A stretch of DNA of 64,000 nucleotides from Vicugna vicugna. Lineage: Eukaryota. The DNA lies in the NCBI GenBank assembly GCA_013265495.1, contig MU058540.1:457696-521695 (forward strand). Reading direction: 5' to 3'. Made by a program: the position numbers and the translations under genes. The notes beneath the pieces were generated by a model that saw only the letters and a list, made by a program, of their open reading frames with translations, made no database searches and was not told the origin of the DNA. Positions 56,351-64,000 of the stretch are shown in pieces. Within the stretch, counting starts at the first letter, position 1. Each line of letters begins with the position of its first letter.

Positions 56351-57318
56351 AAAAGGAAAGAAATGATCATTGATATGACCTTAGGCAAGTTAATCAACCT
56401 CTCTGTGTCAGTTTCTTTATCTATAAAATAGGGATAAAAGTACCTCCCCCTTAAGGTTTCCTAGACAGGTAAACGTTTAGAACAGGTCCAGGCAAGTGGG
56501 AGTTGCTCAGTAAAGGTTAGCTATTAGCACTGAAATTAAAATAGCATATTTTGGGGAATATGATGGTGTGACCTAAGGGCCAGGTCTATCTCACCAGCGG
56601 TGACCCCACCTGTAAAGCCAGCTTGAGAGGCCAGCAGGCTTCTCCCGCCAATTCCATTGTGAACAACAGGTAACAAAGACAGAAAAGGAAATTTAGGGCT
56701 GAGCTCACGAATTCACAAGTCTAGGTGCCAGGTAGGAAACGTAAATGTGAGTGAAGCAGCTGGAATGAGACAAAGGCCGGGGGGAGGGGGATGTGCTGTG
56801 GCTCCCTGGAGAGGATGGACTCCTCAGAACTACCTCAATTCAACCTACTTTTTATTTTTTTTATAGAGTTGTAGTCAACTACTTTAAAACCCTGCGGTGG
56901 CCTAACAGCCCACATCTGCCCTGGAAGCTGCCCTAATTTATGCATTAAAGTATTCACAAGAAAGAACAATTTAAGTGGTCAGAACTTTACAGGTTTTTGC
57001 ACAGGACATGCCAGTCAACGCCCCATTTTCTTCAGGGTGTTTACAAATGGTTTTCAAATATTTTTCAGCCTTTGAGCAACATGTTGTTAAAGCATATAGC
57101 AAATGAACAGTTTTCATCCTCACATAATATCAGTGGCCACAATAATGGCAGATACCAGCTGCATGACCAACCTGAAGTAAAAAAAGGATTCCTGGGTTGC
57201 ACGGTTGAGGGGACCAGTAGACAAGTTAGTCTGACTGGTTCCAGCCAGAAGAATGGCTGGAGAGTGAATTCAGAGAGTAGGAACTGATACTAGAGAAATG
57301 TGACGTGTCCTAGAATTC

Positions 57319-57453
57319 CAGGGATCATACGATTTATTGTCCCCATGGGGATACTTCTTACTTGAGAGTGAAAGGGAATGACAGTAATGACTGCACTGGG
57401 ACATCAGGTCTTGACTAGAATTGCCTCAAGCAAATAAGGACATGTGGCCACCC
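57319..57453 (+). mobile_element. MER94-like hAT-Blackjack MITE
   Basis: agggatcatacgatttattgtcc...gagagtgaaaggg...ggacatgtggccaccc with degenerate TIRs. Confidence 0.55.
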
Positions 57454-59826
57454 AATAAAATGAAAATTTTCTCTAAGGCCTAGGGTAAACTCTAGCTCTT
57501 CACCTGAAAACTATCTACTTATGTGGCAGGAAGAAATCTCTTCAAACCACTGTATACTGGTAAATAATCTAGAAGACCTATTTCAAGAGCTTACTACACA
57601 CAAAAGTTTGGGATCTTCTTCTCTGGGGTGCTGGACAGAAAGCAGAGAACCTCTATAGCTAGGGTGAGGGCCCTGATTCCCAAAGTCGAGACAGTGAAAA
57701 GGGCTTCAGAAGGAAAGTAGTAGAGATTAGTTGATCTCTCTCAGTCTCCAGGTCCCTCCTTAGATTCTTGATAACCATACCAGCCTGGGAAGGTGGAGGG
57801 GAGGGGCTGAGCAGAAGCTCTACATGGACTCAGTGGGGTCTGGGGCCATCCCACCAGCCAGCCACTGCACCCCTTTCCTCACTAGGCCCCAGGGGTTACA
57901 GGTCAGCCACTGGCTCAAAAGCCACTGGTGCAGCCATGACAGAAAAGTCGTGATTATAGGCCTAAGGCCAAGTGAAAGGCTGGGATCAGCTGGGACTTAA
58001 ATTTGATGTGCATTCTACCTAACAAGAATCCTCCAGATTTGACAGATGGAAAACAGGATTCCATTAATCCCCATGTTCTGTTTGATAATTATCCTATTCA
58101 GCCTTTTCCTTTCTATGTTGTGAATTTTGAGCTTCTCAGATTTGCCTCTCTTTTCCCTCCTCTTGTACTAACTACCAGAATTCAAGTCTGACTTTGAAAC
58201 TACAGGCCTTCTCAAGTGCTGGTGAAAAAAGTCTCAGCAAGATCAGGAGGGAGAAAGTTTCTCTGTTCTCCTAGAAATGCAGAAAAGCAAATACTATACA
58301 ATGTTATAAAACTGCTCTTGTTGAGATTATTGTTAAGGAGACTTTCAAGGCTCCTGGACTTCAGAGATTGTTACTATACCCCGGGGGAAAAGTGATCTTT
58401 AACTTTTAACATCTATAATTCTGATTGGTTACTTAATAATTTGTAGTACTGGTAGCACTATTTAAATATACATGCAAAGCCTCCTGAAAAGTGTGATTTT
58501 CGTTCTTAAGCCAGGAAAGAAAGGGTCATTATTAGCAACCTTCTCTATTCATAAGAGCACTGAGGCAAAAATGAATAAAAACAATGACTTTATTGGGTTT
58601 AGTTTTTAAACAAAAGCCTAATGAACTTAAGTCTAATGTTTAGGTTAACCTTATCAGGAATAAAACTCCAACTGTTCAAACATCTGGTGGTTGAAGTTAT
58701 CCTTCTGCCTTCAGCAAACCTGTGGAGAGGACTGAGTCCAGCTGTCTGCTTTGCAGGGAGTGCAACAATCGTGCACTAAGGCCAGGGCCCAATCCCTTAG
58801 CAACCAGGAGAGCATAGACCAGGAATGGGATCTTGGCCCTCCAAGCAGCCAGGGAAGGTCTTCATCTAAAAGGGACAAAATAGCCTTTCCTGTTGAGGTA
58901 ACTTCCCAGTCCTCTTCCCATTCCCCTGGATGAGAAGTCCCTCTGACTTCACTAAGAGGATACAGGTGAGGAAGGAGGGTTGACACCATCACCCAGACAC
59001 CTTCTCTCAGTCCAGTGTCAGAATAGAGTGGTGCTTGGTTGAACACGAAGGTTCTGAGAATTTGGAGTTCCAGACCCAAAGTCTCATTCTCTGCTTGCAT
59101 TTCCTAGGGAAAATGAAGATACAGACCCTAAATAGAGCACACAACTGTAAATGCTACACTCTGCTCACTTGGAAATCCTAAATCCAATGGGCACTGATGA
59201 AGGTGGAAAGAAACCCATCTTAGGCTTTCCTTCCTTCACAGTAACCATGAACCTGAGAGAAAAAGGCTGGATGATCACTGGCGATAGTAAAATCAACCGG
59301 GAGGAGAAAACTAATTACAACAAGCCTATATTCTTAATAATGGAACTCATAAGCCTTTAGCAGTACTTACTACAATCATTACAATTTGAAGGCAGGGCAG
59401 GTCAAAGGCCTTCCTGTAGTCACCGGTCTGGCTCTGGTTCTTTGTCCAGCCCAAATATACAAAGCCTCCTCTTTTTCCAAATGACTTATCACCTTGGGTT
59501 TATAAACTCGAAAATCCTATTTATGGGCAAGGAAAAGGGTCCACATGTGAAGGAATCAGGGTGTCAGAGCAACTCTGCTGGGGAGCCCCCTAGTCTCATG
59601 GCCCCAGTCAACTAACTGTCCTCCTCTTTGTCCCTGACCCCTGGCCCCTTCTCACAGGCTCCAGATACTCATTTCCTTCTTTCTTTTCTCCCCATGACTA
59701 GCTGAAGACTTCCCAGCTTTCTGCTTTCTTGCAGTCCAATCTCACCTAAAAAATCTTCTCAGATAAACGTTTTTCTGCTGGTCACTAGAGAAACACAGAC
59801 AATGGGTAAGTGAAGCCTCGTCTATA

Positions 59827-60040
59827 TAGTTGACCCTTGAACAACATAGGGGTTAAGGGCACAGAACCTCTGAGCAGTCCAAAATCCATCTGTAACTTTA
59901 CAGTAAGGCCACCCTACCCACAGATCCACATCTGTGGATTCAACCAACCATGGATCCTGTAGTACTGCAGTATGTATTTAGTGAAAGAAATCAGCATATA
60001 AGTGGGTCCATTCAGACCCATGTTGTTTAAGGGTCCACTG
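59827..60040. mobile_element. Tigger2-like MITE
   Basis: TIRs agttgacccttgaacaacataggg / cccatgttgtttaagggtccactg, flanked by TA on both sides. Confidence 0.8.
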
Positions 60041-61169
60041 TATTTCCGGTTTTCTATTTTAGATGATATCCTAGGACTGTCCTTTCGCCCCACTTTCACA
60101 TAAAGGGCAGAGTTTAGCTCCATCCCATTCTTGCATACGTTCCCCAACATTCAGGGTGGGAGATTCTTTATAACTGCAAAGTGTTAGGGGCTGGCAAACT
60201 CCAGGTGGGAGTCCTCCAACTTAATGTCCCCTCCACCAATTTAATCTAATTAACTCATTTGGTTAGAGTGTCACAGTGATGAAATGACTCTTCGTATATT
60301 TAGGGAAGTTGGAAAAATATACTGTCTGGAGTTAGAATACACTCTGAGGCCTGGAAAGCAACCCTGGTGAGCACATCTTTTTTGTGTGTCTGGGATAACA
60401 CGAAAGACAGTGGCAGTGGGCAACCACCCAAGAAAACTACCAGACAGTCCCAGGCCTGGGATCCTGCGAATAGAGAACTCCACGTATGAGAAAGGTATTA
60501 GTTAAGAATGCTTAGAAACTGCCCACTTTTAACAGAAAAGAATCAGGAGACATGAGTCTAAGAGTAGAAATATCTTGCCTCAGGGTCCAGAAGCACTTCA
60601 AGGATTTACCTGTCAATACAGGGGGATCAGGAACTGTACAGCTCCAACCAGCCTCACTCTCACCAAAAGAGGACTCGCTAACCAGTAAGGGACACAGGCA
60701 AATTCCAAGGCTTTTCCTGACATGAAAATAAATAATGCAAAGAAGAAATAAAGAAATACTGACTAAAAAACCAAACACAAATAAAACGCTTGAGAAATTT
60801 GAGCTCAGAGGTCTATCACACAAGAGGGAGAATGCGGAGGAAGACCCAGTTAGTAAGAGACTTTCAGCCACATCAGCTGTGGGGGATAGGAGTGTCCTTA
60901 GTGAGATAACGGCTCCATAATTCTTTAGCATCTTTAGCTAATCACATCAGCGTAGTCTTCTGAGCAGGGTCTAGGTGCTTCCACTTTTGGTATCTGAAGC
61001 CCATGTCCACATCCTCCAAGGTCACCAGCTGCTGTAACAGTAGGTTTGTCCACTGTGGCCGGGGATCATCCCTCCACCTGCTCCGCCAAGGATAAGCAGG
61101 GTTGGAAACTTGAGAAGTGGGGGATGGACGGGCCTAAGAATAGGAAGTCGAGGGGAGGGTGGCAGGGCC

Positions 61170-61530
61170 CCGATGATCCCTCGCACCAGGTGATGCACGG
61201 GCTCAGGACCCGCACCAACTCCCCTTGGGCGCTGACGGCATGGCGAGGTGAGGTCAGGGGAAGCATAGGGGAATAGAGTGCAGGTTGTCCGCCTTCCACC
61301 GCAGGATCTCGATGGACTCTGGTCTAAGGGCGAAACTGCCCCAGCAGCGGACCACGAGTCTGAAGGGGCCTCAGGCCCCGCCCCAGCCCACTTCCGGTCC
61401 TGTCTAGGCTCCACGGAGGACCCTGAGTCTTTGTGGGCGACTGCCCTGGGACGCCTGGGTACCGCTGGCTTGGGTTTTTACCGGAAACGTGCTGCCCCGG
61501 GTTAGGATGCGCAGGGGCGCAGCTGTGAGG
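61170..61530. promoter_or_regulatory. CpG-rich promoter-like element, likely upstream of the minus-strand ZNF locus
   Basis: CpG enrichment; GC box ggccccgcccc ~61374-61384; ETS-like cacttccgg ~61390 and ccggaaac ~61481. Confidence 0.65.
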
Positions 61531-61606
61531 TTTGGTCTAATCACTGTTCAGATTTTGTGAGTCATCTTTCAAAATACTTTTACCCATTTAATTTCCCATG
61601 GACATC

Positions 61607-61651
61607 TAAAAATAAAAAATAAAAAATAAAAAATAAAAAATAAAAAATAAA
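61607..61651. repeat. (TAAAAAA)n simple repeat
   Basis: About six units, read directly. Confidence 0.9.
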
Positions 61652-62479
61652 TAGTACTCCTAATATACGGAAATAACTAGTAAACATTTAAATGAATTTT
61701 ACTCCAATGATTTTCTACACAAAGTTTGATACTGTGTTTTTGTCATCTTCAATTTTCCCAATTAATTCTTTCACATAAGCATTCTCCTCCCCATCCCCCA
61801 TACTGTGGTCTGCATTGTCAGAGTCCATTCATTGGATTATCATCATTTATTTACTCATCCTAAATTAAATCACCTGGATGGAGCCTATTGTGCCTGGGAA
61901 TATCGGCCTTTCTTAGAATGGCAGCACTGAGCTGTGTCTTCGCCTGTCCTTGGGGAAGTGCTGAAGCTCATCATTGTGTTTTTTCCTCCAAAAAACTGTT
62001 GAGGATGGCGCTGGTTCATTACACAGCCGCTCCCTAATTATCGGAAGGAGGACTGCCTTCTGATCTTGCTATCAAGAAGACTTTAACTTTTCTAAAGCAA
62101 TTTGTTAGTTTTTGACCTATAGACCTTTCGAGTTTTGAATTCAAGTGGACTTGGCTGCTAGAAAGCTTAAAGCAAATCTTTCCAGTCAAGGGTATACGAC
62201 TTTAGTTTGTGTGTTTTTCTGTATTGCTGACCCCATTCCTGGCCCCTTCTCACTTTGCTCTTTGTTTTCCTTCCCTATACCCTATATTTCTTGTTTGTTT
62301 TAAATGTATTTTATCTTGTTCTTTGGTTTAGGCCATCTTAAATCCTTTTGCTCTTAAAAAAATAATCCTTTTGGACACAAGATTGTATATAAAGGAATAA
62401 ATAAAATTGCTCAACTATTTCCTTACTTTGAAATAATCAGTCCTAATATTTAGCTATTTGAAATTTTGTCACAAACGAA

Positions 62480-62993
62480 CTTTTTTTTTAATGAAGTATA
62501 GTTGATTTACAATGTTGTGTTAGTTTCTGTTGTATAGCATAGTGATTCAGTTATACATATATATTCTTTTTAAAATTCTTTTCCATTACAGTTTATTACA
62601 AGATATTGAATATAGTTCCCTGTGCTACACAGTAGGACCTTGTTGTTTATCTATTTTATATACAGAGTTTGTATCTGCTAATCCCAAACTCCTAATCTAT
62701 CCCTCCCCACCCCTTTCCCCTTTGGTAACCATAAGTTTGTTTTCTATGTCTGTGAGTTTATTTCTGTTTTATAAATAAGTTCATTTATAGTATATTTTAA
62801 ATTCCGCATATAAGTGATATCATATGATATTTGTCTTTCTCTGTCTGACTTACTTAATATGATAATCTCTAGGTCCATCCAGCATTTGCAGTACTACAAA
62901 TGGCATTATTCCATTCTTTTTCATCACTGAGTAGTATTCCATTGTGTCTATATACCACATCTTCTTTATCCAGTCATCTGTCGATGGACATTT
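62480..62993 (-). mobile_element. Younger L1 3' end with imperfect TSD
   Basis: Same 3' UTR motifs as 28920-29545 and 38700-39850; acaaacgaact / acaaatgaaca flanks. Confidence 0.85.
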
Positions 62994-64000
62994 ACAAATG
63001 AACATTTTTGACCATGAAGTATTTTTTCTATTTAGATTTTTCTGTAAGCCAAACTTCTAGAAAATACTGGATCAAGAGAAAGGATATTCAGTGAGTATTT
63101 CTTGATGCTTGTGGATGCTGTGGGGTTTAGAGAAGATACTGGGGTTAGAGTGGGGAGCAGATATCTAGCATTTATTGAGGGTTTACTCTGTGCCAAGTAC
63201 TTGCTAAACTGCTCACATGAGTCCTGCTCTCAAAGTGCTCAGGCAAAATGTGCATTCTTATGAAAGTTAAATAACCATAAAAGACAGGGTCCAGTGAAAG
63301 AGTTCCTAGTAATGAGGGCTGTCACAGATCAAGGAAGGAAAACGTTGTGAGATGGAGGTAGTCTGCTGCCAAGGAAGCAGATATCCTTTCTGCACATCTG
63401 AGAGCAGAGAGGACTATTTGTAGTTGCTTATGCTTAATTCATTTTCAATTAATTAATGTTGTAAATTTGCAAACAAATTTTCTCAAGTTTTTCAGTTTAA
63501 CTTGCATAACTTTGGTGTTCCATTTAGACATCTTGTAGTTTTTATATAAAAATAAGAGCAATAACTTGTTCCTTGATTAATGTTCAGTTAGCCCATGGGC
63601 TTGACATATTAAATTTGCTTGAACATTACTCATGCCATTTACAAAGTTAGTTAATTAAATTCTCTTAAATATTTAAACTACATTTACAAATTTAATATAC
63701 TTGATTTTTTTCTAGCACTTCAGATTCCTCATAGGGCAGATTTACAAGTCAAACAAGAAAAAAAATCTTCCTAAGCATGTAAAGGACTCATAAACCTAAT
63801 TATTCAAGCTTCTAAATGTGGTAAATCAAGTTATCTTCAAGATTTCAATACGTTTACAAATGTAATCAAATTATCTTATACCTTTCAGCTTCAAATCACA
63901 ACTCTAAAATAAATGACACAAATCCATTTGAAATCACAAGATTAATCTGTCAGATTCTCTAATATGCCAAATTCTCTTAAAAATTATAGACACATTTAAA

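Overview
Mammalian genomic DNA, most likely camelid: it carries at least six copies of a tRNA-Ala-derived, Vic-1-like SINE. Bases 1-15.5 kb hold the 3' two-thirds of SYNGAP1 (+), covering the C2, RasGAP, low-complexity and coiled-coil exons. All of the known C-terminal splice options (beta, gamma, alpha1, alpha2) and the intron-10 alternative 3' splice site that triggers NMD can be read from the sequence. A CpG-island promoter and the single coding exon of ZBTB9 (+, 16900-18303) follow. From about 19 to 45 kb the DNA is almost entirely nested transposon debris (L1, L2, CR1/L3, MLT1, ERVL-int, Tigger1, hAT). There is an orphan CpG island at ~45.3-45.85 kb. From ~48.9 to 61.5 kb the minus strand carries a multi-exon, decayed KRAB-A/KRAB-B/C2H2 zinc-finger gene. 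It still has recognisable splice sites, candidate upstream exons and a CpG-rich promoter. The most interesting observations are a possible 11-nt microexon giving a fully canonical route to the SynGAP-alpha1 PDZ-ligand frame, an AG|GT site upstream of the last SYNGAP1 exon, and the fossil KRAB-ZNF locus. Exon numbers follow human SYNGAP1 convention as recalled, and repeat family names come from recognition by eye, not a database search.
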